Shown: piece by piece, positions 39,077 through 47,093 of the stretch
How positions within the stretch are numbered: the first letter of the stretch is position 1
Layout: every line of letters starts with the position of its first letter
Source of the DNA: a virus
Taxonomy: Duplodnaviria > Caudoviricetes
Virus record (IMG/VR): IMGVR_UViG_3300021519_000001
Coordinates: 1-60,977 of that record
Length of the DNA stretch: 60,977 bases
Strand: one strand, 5' to 3'
The notes under the pieces: generated by a model
The model's input: the letters and a program-made list of their open reading frames with translations, nothing else
Told to the model about the DNA's origin: nothing
The model's database searches: none
Translations under genes and position numbers: made by a program

Positions 39077-39604
39077 TCAGCGGATACGCCCTTCAAGGCG
39101 GTCTGCTACCAACTTGGCGTAGCCGGCGATATCTAACCAGTGGTCAACCACATCAGGATTGCCGTTCACAATGCGGCCAATCTTGTGAATGATCATGTCC
39201 ATGGCTTCGGCCTGATCGTGTGCCAACGTCTTGTCACGATTGTTCAAAGCATTCTGTACAACACGTTTCAACATCTGCATGACTTCAGCGCCCTCGATAA
39301 ACTTGCCGTACTCCACGGCCCGAGCGTCAAGGGTCACGTCTACCTCATCAGGGAAGTCAAACATCTCAATCTCCAACGGTGCGCTGCCGGCAGCGCTCTG
39401 CTGTGCAGGGGCAAGCGTGGCCAACTGCTCAGACCTCTTGGGGAACACAAAGCCTGCCTTCTTCATCGTGTTGCGTAGAACATAGATGGATTGCTTGGTC
39501 AGGCCAAATCGCACTGCTACTTCATTTGGCGCTGCAGCGGGATTACTCTGCATAAATGAGCGAGCTTTTGCGGTTTTTGTATTTTTACGTTTAGTTGCTT
39601 TCAT
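39077..39604 (-). CDS. HTH plus DUF6378-like protein
   Basis: L..R...YG.F, K..R...G...D.W.DIAGYA; N-terminal HTH-like segment. Confidence 0.7.
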   Translation of the reverse strand: MKATKRKNTKTAKARSFMQSNPAAAPNEVAVRFGLTKQSIYVLRNTMKKAGFVFPKRSEQLATLAPAQQSAAGSAPLEIEMFDFPDEVDVTLDARAVEYGKFIEGAEVMQMLKRVVQNALNNRDKTLAHDQAEAMDMIIHKIGRIVNGNPDVVDHWLDIAGYAKLVADRLEGRIR

Positions 39605-39765
39605 ATTGGACTCTCTTCATATTGCGATAAATCGCGTTGGGTTGGTTTAGGAAAGAACTTTGGATCAAGTCTCGTGAATGGCCACCACGCCATCAACTCT
39701 TCTTGACTCAAAGGTTTTTGCGGCTCTTTAAGTTGCAGCTTCTTCTGATTTTGTGAACACTTCAT
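39601..39765 (-). CDS. Hypothetical protein (54 aa)
   Basis: MKCSQNQKK...WWPFTR; ATGA-coupled to downstream gene. Confidence 0.45.
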   Translation of the reverse strand: MKCSQNQKKLQLKEPQKPLSQEELMAWWPFTRLDPKFFPKPTQRDLSQYEESPI

Positions 39766-39910
39766 AATATTTCTTTGGCATTGGTGCTTTTTTTTCTAAC
39801 TGCTTGCGCAGCCATTCAGCACCTCCTAATTGGTTAAAAATCATCCACTGTCTATCCGACATCCTTACTTGTCTTCCGATCAGTGGCTCGGGTGGTTTGG
39901 GTCTTGGCAT
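39728..39910 (-). CDS. Small putative DNA-binding protein
   Basis: MPRPKP...VRMSD.QW....LGGA.WLR, RHH-like. Confidence 0.6.
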   Translation of the reverse strand: MPRPKPPEPLIGRQVRMSDRQWMIFNQLGGAEWLRKQLEKKAPMPKKYYEVFTKSEEAAT

Positions 39911-40088
39911 GTTGTAATAAATTCCTTGTTGTTAATCGTTTGGTCCAGCAACTGGCGCAATGCCATTTCGTTGCACTTAATTCCACTCCCCCCTCAGGCG
40001 GGCGAGGCTGCATGCAGTTGTTACATAACTGGTATTTATGCACCGGCTGCTTGCTCCCCAATTGCAAGTGTCTGGTTGTGAAGCTCAT
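39852..40088 (-). CDS. Zinc-finger hypothetical protein
   Basis: CNNC...CASC. Confidence 0.55.
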   Translation of the reverse strand: MSFTTRHLQLGSKQPVHKYQLCNNCMQPRPPEGGVELSATKWHCASCWTKRLTTRNLLQHAKTQTTRATDRKTSKDVG

Positions 40089-40758
40089 GTTCCATCCTCT
40101 TTCTTAAAAACTCTTCATAATCACCTTCGTACTTCTTCACCCCGAAGTGATCACACGTGTAAGCCACATCAACAAAGATCTTGAACCCTGCATCCGTTAG
40201 CTTCTTGCAAAGCTGCACATCCTCCGAAATCAATCCCCCATCAATGATCTGCAGATCACAGATCAAGCGCCGAGGCTTGTCCTCAAAGTAAGGCGTCGAT
40301 TGCTCCCAAACAGCCGTCATGGCCGCACGAGAAAGGCGCAAGAATCCAGTGCCAATGCACTCGACCTCTAGCAGATTCACATACGGGTTCCAACTGTGCT
40401 TCCAAGGGTCCTCAGGACGCAGGTTATAGCGCTCCTCCTCCACCTTCATCGGAACAGGAACACCCACCACGTCCACGGGATGATCAATCAAATCAAAGAA
40501 AGCCTGTGCGTCAAAGGATTGGTCCGAATCAATGAAAACAATGTCGTCCACCCCCGCGTCATAGGCTTCCCCAAACAGATTGCTTCTAGCCTTTTGCAGC
40601 AGCGCCTCACCCATCCAAAAGTTAAGATTCAACTCCAAGTCAGGCCTTTCCACCGCAGCGCGCTGAAAGATCACGGCCATCGTGACCGCAAAGTCACAGA
40701 CAACCTTGCCGTCATAAGACGGGCAAAGAATGGCAACTTTTCGTTTAGTAAAGCTCAC
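40036..40758 (-). CDS. Glycosyltransferase family 2-like protein
   Basis: ARS.L, FIDSD (DxD), GTGF....R, SED..LC, D....C.H.G. Confidence 0.8.
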   Translation of the reverse strand: MSFTKRKVAILCPSYDGKVVCDFAVTMAVIFQRAAVERPDLELNLNFWMGEALLQKARSNLFGEAYDAGVDDIVFIDSDQSFDAQAFFDLIDHPVDVVGVPVPMKVEEERYNLRPEDPWKHSWNPYVNLLEVECIGTGFLRLSRAAMTAVWEQSTPYFEDKPRRLICDLQIIDGGLISEDVQLCKKLTDAGFKIFVDVAYTCDHFGVKKYEGDYEEFLRKRMEHELHNQTLAIGEQAAGA

Positions 40759-40957
40759 GTTTCATGTTCCTGATAACAATCGTAAAACCGCTTATTGTGT
40801 CAGGGCCAAAAACCTTCATCTTCTCGATTTCCCTAGCCACCTCTTCAAGGACCAAGTTACGAATCTTTTCACTGACCTCGTTCCTGTCTAACTGCGCTTC
40901 GACCATCTGGCGCTTACGCCAACCCATGGCCTTTTCCCATATGCTTAGTTCTTTCAT
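40745..40957 (-). CDS. Hypothetical protein
   Basis: 70 aa, RN.VLEEVA.EIEKM. Confidence 0.65.
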   Translation of the reverse strand: MKELSIWEKAMGWRKRQMVEAQLDRNEVSEKIRNLVLEEVAREIEKMKVFGPDTISGFTIVIRNMKRELY

Positions 40958-41124
40958 GTATTGCGCTCCTTTAATTTGGCTTCAACATCTCGGATTGTTT
41001 GAATCAAAGCCGCGCGCAAGGCTTGGTCTTTCTTTTCACCCACATTCCAAATCTCTTTGCGCTCTTCCTCCGTCAGCCCCTTCCAAGGGCGCACGTATTC
41101 CTGAATATCGTCGTCATCTTTCAT
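40954..41124 (-). CDS. Hypothetical protein (56 aa)
   Basis: MKDDDDIQEYVRPWKGLTEEE...EAKLKERNT; ATGA overlaps. Confidence 0.6.
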   Translation of the reverse strand: MKDDDDIQEYVRPWKGLTEEERKEIWNVGEKKDQALRAALIQTIRDVEAKLKERNT

Positions 41125-41276
41125 TTGTCCTCCTTCAGCTTGTCGTTTGCCAGTTCCATCATGCGTCGATAGATCTCAGGATCCTTCTCTTTAAGCCGCC
41201 CCAAAAACAGCGGCAGCCATGTTTCATCAGTCGGCAAATTGCGCATCAATTCACCTAATTCTTTGTATGTGGTCAT
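41121..41276 (-). CDS. Hypothetical protein (51 aa)
   Basis: MTTYKELGELMRNLP...; ATGA overlaps both sides. Confidence 0.55.
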   Translation of the reverse strand: MTTYKELGELMRNLPTDETWLPLFLGRLKEKDPEIYRRMMELANDKLKEDK

Positions 41277-41491
41277 GCTTGTCCCCTTGCTCGGATTTTG
41301 AATGCCATATCTTTTATATGTTCATCAGTAACTATGTTGTCGTAAACATAGTCACACATCTTTGCACACGCCTCACGCTCATGCTGTGCTACTAGCTTGG
41401 CAAATGCCCATAAAGGTTCATATCCACTGTCACCAGTTGCGTACTGCCAACCAGTTTGTTTTGCCATCTCAATCATTTCATCTTGTGTCAT
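41273..41491 (-). CDS. Hypothetical protein
   Basis: FAKLVA..EREACA..C...IRARG motif common in phage small genes. Confidence 0.65.
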   Translation of the reverse strand: MTQDEMIEMAKQTGWQYATGDSGYEPLWAFAKLVAQHEREACAKMCDYVYDNIVTDEHIKDMAFKIRARGQA

Positions 41492-41685
41492 AGCTTCTCC
41501 TCATACTTGCTGCACTCTTCCAACCAAATAGGGTCAAAGTTCCACGGCCAATGGAACCAACCCTTCTGCGCTGCCCTAGCATTGCCAGAGATTTGCGCCT
41601 TAGGCTCCAAGCATTGGATGTGATGCGTCATGGGCAAAGGATCGCGGTTCACGCACTTGTGGCAGTCAGGCTTGCTCATACTCAT
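41488..41685 (-). CDS. Cys-rich hypothetical protein
   Basis: CHKC...H..C...GWF.WP.NFDP.W...C. Confidence 0.65.
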   Translation of the reverse strand: MSMSKPDCHKCVNRDPLPMTHHIQCLEPKAQISGNARAAQKGWFHWPWNFDPIWLEECSKYEEKL

Positions 41686-41863
41686 CCTTTATCTTCTGAC
41701 GATTGATCATGGCCTGCATGGGATCGGTGTCACCCATCAGCACTTCAAGCAGCAGCCTATCTATTGCCTTCAATTGCTTTTCCAATGCCGCGTTCTTGGT
41801 AACCATCTCACCACAAGCGGCAACATATGGCCGCAGCAGTTCTAGTTCTCTTTGCTCAGTCAT
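41666..41863 (-). CDS. Hypothetical protein
   Basis: 65-aa ORF in overlapping chain. Confidence 0.55.
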   Translation of the reverse strand: MTEQRELELLRPYVAACGEMVTKNAALEKQLKAIDRLLLEVLMGDTDPMQAMINRQKIKDEYEQA

Positions 41864-42051
41864 AATTGCCTCGCTTTCATCATTGCATCTGCATAGTGGT
41901 AAGCCATGGATGCCGCATCATTTATATTGAACGACTCCGCATCGTTCATTTCCTTAATAGCCATAGGCAAAGCGGCAGCAGCGAAGTAATCGCGCAGCGC
42001 CATACCTTTGATATGGCTTAGGTGTGAGTTTGGAAATGCAAATTCAGTCAT
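41860..42051 (-). CDS. Conserved phage protein
   Basis: AFP...GM.LRDYFAA.A...AY..ADAM..AR. Confidence 0.8.
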   Translation of the reverse strand: MTEFAFPNSHLSHIKGMALRDYFAAAALPMAIKEMNDAESFNINDAASMAYHYADAMMKARQL

Positions 42052-42308
42052 ACAACGCGCCTCATCTCTTCAAAATAAACAGGCGCATCATGTTCAATGC
42101 GAAAAATCACATCCGGATGCAAAACCCCGCTCAAGTCCACATTACTGTTAGGCAAAAACACCGAAATCAACGTCCATACCTCCGGATAGTCCGGCTCCAA
42201 CTTCAGGCCCGACATGGGCTCAACAGAGCCAACTTCCGCCGGCTCATACTCAAAAAAACATTTGAGGTCAAGCCCTAATTCATCACATTCGTACAAGAAT
42301 TCGTACAT
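42048..42308 (-). CDS. Hypothetical protein
   Basis: 86 aa, acidic. Confidence 0.65.
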   Translation of the reverse strand: MYEFLYECDELGLDLKCFFEYEPAEVGSVEPMSGLKLEPDYPEVWTLISVFLPNSNVDLSGVLHPDVIFRIEHDAPVYFEEMRRVV

Positions 42309-42311
42309 ACA

Positions 42312-42557
42312 TCACCCCACAGTTAAAATTATTAAAATGCCCACAATCAACGAACCTATCGTCACCGGCCACAAAGGCACAGGACGATGGATTGAGGACC
42401 ATCCCATCAAAGCTGCCTGAACAAACTCCTCAGACGATGTCATCTCAGGAGGCTTTGGTTGGTACAGCAGCCCTATCTGTACCTTGCCCGTGTTAAAAGG
42501 CGTTACACGCCCGTTTGCGCTGCTCACAGAGATACATTCATTGGCATTAGTGATCAT
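42312..42557 (-). CDS. Hypothetical membrane protein
   Basis: P.NTGKV.IG..Y; C-terminal TM helix. Confidence 0.6.
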   Translation of the reverse strand: MITNANECISVSSANGRVTPFNTGKVQIGLLYQPKPPEMTSSEEFVQAALMGWSSIHRPVPLWPVTIGSLIVGILIILTVG

Positions 42558-42795
42558 AGGATGCCCCCATTCTTTTCTTGGCCTTCAACGCATCCTCATA
42601 CGCATGCTCAAACCCTTCCAAAAACTTGTCCAACGGCACATCCAACTCAGCAGTCAAAATGGCTGAAGCAACAAGGCACGCGAACCACGCGTCAGCAGGC
42701 TTGACAAAAGTAGTTGCGCAAAAGTTAAGCAGAGTCTGCGCATTGTCCATGATTTGTCCGATGTCTTTATCCACATCGTCCGTCTGTTTAGTCAT
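42547..42795 (-). CDS. Hypothetical protein, first gene of leftward operon
   Basis: 82 aa, AGAAAGGATAG RBS. Confidence 0.7.
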   Translation of the reverse strand: MTKQTDDVDKDIGQIMDNAQTLLNFCATTFVKPADAWFACLVASAILTAELDVPLDKFLEGFEHAYEDALKAKKRMGASYDH

Positions 42796-42854
42796 ATCAC
42801 TATCCTTTCTTTGTTAATGAAGTTTGTCCGCCTTTTATCTAAGTGGACAGGGTT

Positions 42855-42883
42855 ATTATCATGCTTTTATCTAGTTAGGTCAA
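42855..42883 (-). promoter_or_regulatory. Sigma70-like leftward promoter
   Basis: TTGACC-17 nt-GATAAT on minus strand. Confidence 0.7.
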
Positions 42884-43055
42884 TTACTTGGAATGTACTA
42901 TTTCCTAGGGGTTTTCCCTTGGTTAGGGGTTGGGGGTGTTCCGTATAGCGGTGCTGGGTGGATATACAGTGGTTTATGGGGGAGGGGGGATGGGCCGCGG
43001 ACCGAGGGTCAAAAAGGGGAAAAATGGCTCAAAAAGTAATACTAAGGTTTAGGTG

Positions 43056-43267
43056 CTATAGACCTTTTAGGGGTAAGGTATGTTTTTTTTTTTATTTTTG
43101 TGAGATTTGGCGTAATAGACGTAATGGTGTAAGAACTGAATGAAATCAATACGTTATCAGCATTCGGCAAATTACGTCTGGAGATTCAGTGTAATATTTC
43201 TAGGGGGGCTCCGCGAGATGAAAAGTAAAAAAATAAAAACACACTACACCCTCCAAAAGTTCTATAG
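43056..43267. repeat. Imperfect ~45-bp inverted repeat in divergent intergenic region (origin candidate)
   Basis: 43056-43099 resembles the reverse complement of 43221-43267 (CTATAGA-x-CTTTT...T-tract). Confidence 0.55.
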
Positions 43268-43291
43268 GGAGCCCTGATTGCTCTTTGTTGG

Positions 43292-43320
43292 TTGACTCTG
43301 AGGGCGACACGCGATATACT
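43292..43320 (+). promoter_or_regulatory. Sigma70-like rightward promoter
   Basis: TTGACT-17 nt-TATACT. Confidence 0.75.
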
Positions 43321-43345
43321 CGTGGTAGTTCTTTTACGGGAGTTA

Positions 43346-43564
43346 ATGATGGTACATATTGATCAGGGAATAGCCCTGCCAACCAATCGATCCAAATATC
43401 CTTTTGGGGAGATGGAGGCGGGCGATAGCATCCTGTTTGGCGTTCGCAAGCAGGCAGAGAGTTGTCGTGTGGCTGCCCTTCGATTCACACGTGTGCATCA
43501 GCCCAAATGGGTATTTACGCTGCGCAAGGTGGACAATGGTTGGCGTTTGTGGAGAATCAGCTAA
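43346..43564 (+). CDS. Small putative DNA-binding protein
   Basis: I..GI.LP...KYPF..M..GDS...G.R.WR; GGGAG RBS. Confidence 0.7.
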   Translation: MMVHIDQGIALPTNRSKYPFGEMEAGDSILFGVRKQAESCRVAALRFTRVHQPKWVFTLRKVDNGWRLWRIS

Positions 43565-44232
43565 TGGCCAAGAAAGACGTCTACAACGTTCCACCGGTTA
43601 TGCCGGACAAAGCACAAAAGCGAATGACTACAGAAGTGGCTCCGCTGCGGCAGCAGCGTAGGAAGCTGACGCCTAAGGAATGGACCTTTGTTACCGAGCT
43701 TGTGAGTGGTGACGGACGGGTGACCATGAAAGAGGCTGCCATAAGGGCCGGATACAAGTCCACCAGCGCTTCTGTCATGGCATGGAAGCTTACCCACCCC
43801 GACATCAATCCACACGTTGTAGCGGCCATTCAAGCCTATCGTGCTGAGTTGGCATCCAAATACAACACGTCTTACGAGCGCCACATGCGTGATTTGCAAA
43901 CCATTCGCGATAAAGCTTTGGATGCCGGTGCATTTGCTGCAGCAGTCCAAGCAGAGTATCGTAGGGGTCAAGCCTTGGGAACGATCTATGTGGAGCGCAA
44001 AGAGATCCGCCACGGCACAATTGACAGCATGAGCAAGGAAGAAGTGCAGCGCAAGCTTGACGAGCTTAAAAAGCTGTATGGTGGGCCTCCACCCACTGCC
44101 TTGATCGATGCGGACACGGGAGTGGTGATTGAAAGTGCAGCAAGAGAAAAAGACCCCGATTTCGACGCGGGAGTGGAGCAGCCTCCGCCTGACATCTTTG
44201 AGCAAGATTTGGGAGGATCAGATGACACCTGA
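43564..44232 (+). CDS. terS: Terminase small subunit
   Basis: LTPK...FV......T..EAAIRAGY HTH; AAV.AE..RG...G.Y. Confidence 0.8.
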   Translation: MAKKDVYNVPPVMPDKAQKRMTTEVAPLRQQRRKLTPKEWTFVTELVSGDGRVTMKEAAIRAGYKSTSASVMAWKLTHPDINPHVVAAIQAYRAELASKYNTSYERHMRDLQTIRDKALDAGAFAAAVQAEYRRGQALGTIYVERKEIRHGTIDSMSKEEVQRKLDELKKLYGGPPPTALIDADTGVVIESAAREKDPDFDAGVEQPPPDIFEQDLGGSDDT

Positions 44233-44626
44233 AGCTAGGTTTTCGATAAGAGTACGAGAGGGCCTTTCACGTTGCAATATTGAACGCATTGAAAATCGCG
44301 TCAACCTTGGCATTCCTGACATGTTGGTGGGTGTTGGGGATCGGTTTATTCCAATCGAATTGAAAGTGGTGGCTAGGGGTTTAAAGGTGGGCTTGCGGCC
44401 ACATCAGATTGCTTTCATGATTCGGCATACTGTTCAGCACAGGCCCTGCTTTGTGCTTGTGCTTGACATGGGTAACACACTACGCCCTTCAACCATTCGC
44501 TTGTACCATGGGCGCGATGCCATGCAATTGGCTGCAGAGGGCCTAAGGCTTATCCCGATACAGTCTTGGCCATCGCGTGGCATGCCTTGGGGGGAACTAG
44601 AGGAAACCCTAGGTTTAGTAAAATAA
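44222..44626 (+). CDS. PD-(D/E)XK nuclease (Holliday junction resolvase/VRR-NUC-like)
   Basis: PE, RIEN....GIPD, IELK, LRPHQ. Confidence 0.8.
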   Translation: MTPEARFSIRVREGLSRCNIERIENRVNLGIPDMLVGVGDRFIPIELKVVARGLKVGLRPHQIAFMIRHTVQHRPCFVLVLDMGNTLRPSTIRLYHGRDAMQLAAEGLRLIPIQSWPSRGMPWGELEETLGLVK

Positions 44627-44639
44627 ATGTAAATAAGTG

Positions 44640-44667
44640 TTGCAAGGTACAAAAACCTTGTTATACT
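44640..44667 (+). promoter_or_regulatory. Early sigma70-like promoter
   Basis: TTGCAA-16 nt-TATACT, TG extension, A-rich UP-like element. Confidence 0.7.
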
Positions 44668-44715
44668 GGCGATGCCGGTGCTTGATCCGGTGACCTTAGA
44701 AAGAAGAGAGCAGAT

Positions 44716-44955
44716 ATGAAATTATCAGTTGATTTACTTGACAATCATGTCAAGAGTGCAGTCGTCGACATTGGTGCAAACAATGGCTATGTTGAGGTCT
44801 TTGTATCGGGGGGTGTTGTGCATCTCAATGTGTTTAATAAAGGTGGTGACGTAGTCCATGACTATGCCATCACCACTGCAGACCTAAGGAAGAACTTGGG
44901 TAAAGGTTCCACTACCCCTAAGTTTGAGCCCGCTCAAGAACACTACGAAGACTAG
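44716..44955 (+). CDS. Early hypothetical protein
   Basis: 79 aa, AGAAAG-type RBS. Confidence 0.7.
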   Translation: MKLSVDLLDNHVKSAVVDIGANNGYVEVFVSGGVVHLNVFNKGGDVVHDYAITTADLRKNLGKGSTTPKFEPAQEHYED

Positions 44956-44968
44956 AAAGGATAGAGAA

Positions 44969-45127
44969 ATGACTCAGTTGACGATTGATTTAAGCGAATC
45001 GGACGATGCAATGATTCGCGCAAATGCCCGTAGTGCGGTGGCCAATGGTGAATACTATGGCGACTTTGATTATGCTTATGAATGCGAGTGGCGTTATTTT
45101 GAAGACGACCTTGCATATCAAAATTGA
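44969..45127 (+). CDS. Early acidic hypothetical protein
   Basis: ATG 44969 after AGAAAGGATAGAG. Confidence 0.7.
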   Translation: MTQLTIDLSESDDAMIRANARSAVANGEYYGDFDYAYECEWRYFEDDLAYQN

Positions 45128-45149
45128 TTAACTTAGAAAGGATAGAGAA

Positions 45150-45398
45150 ATGGAACGTACTGACGTGTGGTTTGGTTCAATGACTCATGGCAACTTTTCT
45201 GTTGGCCGTGACGATGAAGAGCAAATGGTGGTCATTCATTCAATCGATGAGCGCTCGTTTATGCTTGCCGATGATGCGGACGATTACATGTTTGAGAAAG
45301 GCTATGACAGTTACGTTGTTCCTTCTGAATTCACTGGAACAATTGTATTTTCAAAAGAGTATGTGAGATTGTTAAGAACAGAAAGGATAGAGAAATGA
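45150..45398 (+). CDS. Early hypothetical protein
   Basis: 82 aa, AGAAAGGATAGAG RBS. Confidence 0.7.
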   Translation: MERTDVWFGSMTHGNFSVGRDDEEQMVVIHSIDERSFMLADDADDYMFEKGYDSYVVPSEFTGTIVFSKEYVRLLRTERIEK

Positions 45399-45799
45399 AA
45401 ACATACAAAGTGATTGCCCGTTCAATCCATTACATGACGGCCGAGATTCAAGCTGATAATGAAGATAAGGCTTGGGCGCTTGCAGCAGAAATGGACGCGC
45501 TGCTGTTCAGCACAGTTTTTGATAAAGATACTTGCTGTGATTGGGAAATTTATAAGGTGGAAGAAGTAGCACCGGTGCTGCGCAGCCTTACCCCTGAAGA
45601 GCTTGCTTTTGTTGACGCATATCTGAAATGTGTGGCCGTTGCTGATCGCGAAGATGTCGTTCGCTTTGTTCGCGCCACTAGTGAAGAGCGCAGCAGCCGA
45701 GAATTTTACGATTCAATGTCTGATGTGTACACGTCAATTTGCGATGCCAAGGAAATGTGGTATTTCGCTGTTGATTTTGCTAAGGAGAGTACAAAATGA
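45395..45799 (+). CDS. Early hypothetical protein
   Basis: 134 aa, AGAAAGGATAGAG RBS. Confidence 0.7.
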   Translation: MKTYKVIARSIHYMTAEIQADNEDKAWALAAEMDALLFSTVFDKDTCCDWEIYKVEEVAPVLRSLTPEELAFVDAYLKCVAVADREDVVRFVRATSEERSSREFYDSMSDVYTSICDAKEMWYFAVDFAKESTK

Positions 45800-45957
45800 T
45801 AGTGTCTGAATTAATGGCTGCGCTCGCTAATTTGCCGCAAGATTTGCCCATCGTGATATGGGATGCCGGCACCCGTTTAGGGCTTGCTCATGTTGACGAT
45901 AGCTTTATTGAAGACGAATACCCGCGCGTTGAGTTCAACACCGACCGCGACGATTAA
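45796..45957 (+). CDS. Early hypothetical protein (53 aa)
   Basis: MIVSELMAALANLPQDLPIV; AAGGAG RBS, ATGA overlap. Confidence 0.65.
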   Translation: MIVSELMAALANLPQDLPIVIWDAGTRLGLAHVDDSFIEDEYPRVEFNTDRDD

Positions 45958-45974
45958 CTTAGAAAGAATAGAAA

Positions 45975-46220
45975 ATGCCAATCTATAAATATGACGTGTG
46001 CTTTCCTAACTCTCAAAGTGTGATTCGCACCTTCCCTTCCCTTACTCGCGCTCGTGACTTTATGCGCGTTATGTCCGCCGATGACTTGCCTTTTTTGGTG
46101 ATGCCATGGGACGAAAACAGTAGCCCCTTAATTGTGCGACGCGTGAAAACCCCTAGAAAATATCACACACAAAAGGCCGTAAAGCTTGATATAATTGGTC
46201 CCTCACAACAGAAAGGATAG
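45975..46220 (+). CDS. Early hypothetical protein
   Basis: 81 aa, AGAAAGAATAG RBS. Confidence 0.6.
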   Translation: MPIYKYDVCFPNSQSVIRTFPSLTRARDFMRVMSADDLPFLVMPWDENSSPLIVRRVKTPRKYHTQKAVKLDIIGPSQQKG

Positions 46221-46223
46221 AGT

Positions 46224-46928
46224 ATGTTAAAAACAGTCAGAATCAGCGCGAACAGCAAAACCGGCCCAATTGCAGTTACTTATCGCAGTGGGGAACATGA
46301 AACCTATGGCACATGTCCGACTAGCTGCAGCCTTCACCCCAAAAGTGAAACCGGCACGGCCCAAATTGACAGCGAATATCTACAGGCCGTTTTCGACAGC
46401 GTCCCGCGTGGTGGTCAAGCTTGGACCTATTCACATTTCACGGCCGAGGCGCTCCCCTTCCCTCAGCCAAATAAAACAGTGATAAACGCAAGCTGCGACA
46501 CAACGGCCGAGGCGGTGCGGGCTTTTGAATTAGGCCGTCCCGCTGTGTATGCTGCGCCCTTGGAAACCGCGGACCAGTGGCCGCAGAAAATCCACGGCAT
46601 TAATTTTGTGCAGTGCCCTGCAGAGCTTGCCGACAATTTCAGTTGTCAACAGTGCGGCGGTGGCCGTCCCTTGTGTGCGCGTCCCTTCCGCGAATTTGTC
46701 GTTGTTTTTGTTGCCCATGGCACCGGAAAAAAGAAAGTAGGAAAAGACGAAAAAGGCGGGTGTTATGCTGCAAGTGGACCGGTAGCGATACAGTGGCACA
46801 AAACCCGAACTACTGGCGCGCCTAATGATGCTGCAGCCCTTCGCGAATTTGTGCGGACTCTCCCGCATGGTTCTTTTTTGCGCCACCATATCGCGGGCGA
46901 TTGCGGCCTAGAATTGGGGGCCCCTTGA
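46224..46928 (+). CDS. Cys-rich conserved phage protein (Gp88-like, possible Fe-S)
   Basis: S.N.KTG.I, TCPTSC, WTYSH, CPA......C..C......LC, F.AHG, GCYA..G, LRH..AGD. Confidence 0.6.
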   Translation: MLKTVRISANSKTGPIAVTYRSGEHETYGTCPTSCSLHPKSETGTAQIDSEYLQAVFDSVPRGGQAWTYSHFTAEALPFPQPNKTVINASCDTTAEAVRAFELGRPAVYAAPLETADQWPQKIHGINFVQCPAELADNFSCQQCGGGRPLCARPFREFVVVFVAHGTGKKKVGKDEKGGCYAASGPVAIQWHKTRTTGAPNDAAALREFVRTLPHGSFLRHHIAGDCGLELGAP

Positions 46929-47093
46929 TAATCGTAGTCGTTTTAATCTTATTGGTGTTGTGGTGGTTCCTTGATAATTGGGGATAACACCTAGAAAATA
47001 AAGTAAAAATATAGTAAAAAGAGTAAATAATGAACTACAATTCAAGCACCGGCACAAATAACCGGTATTCATTAACTTAACAGAAAGAATAGT

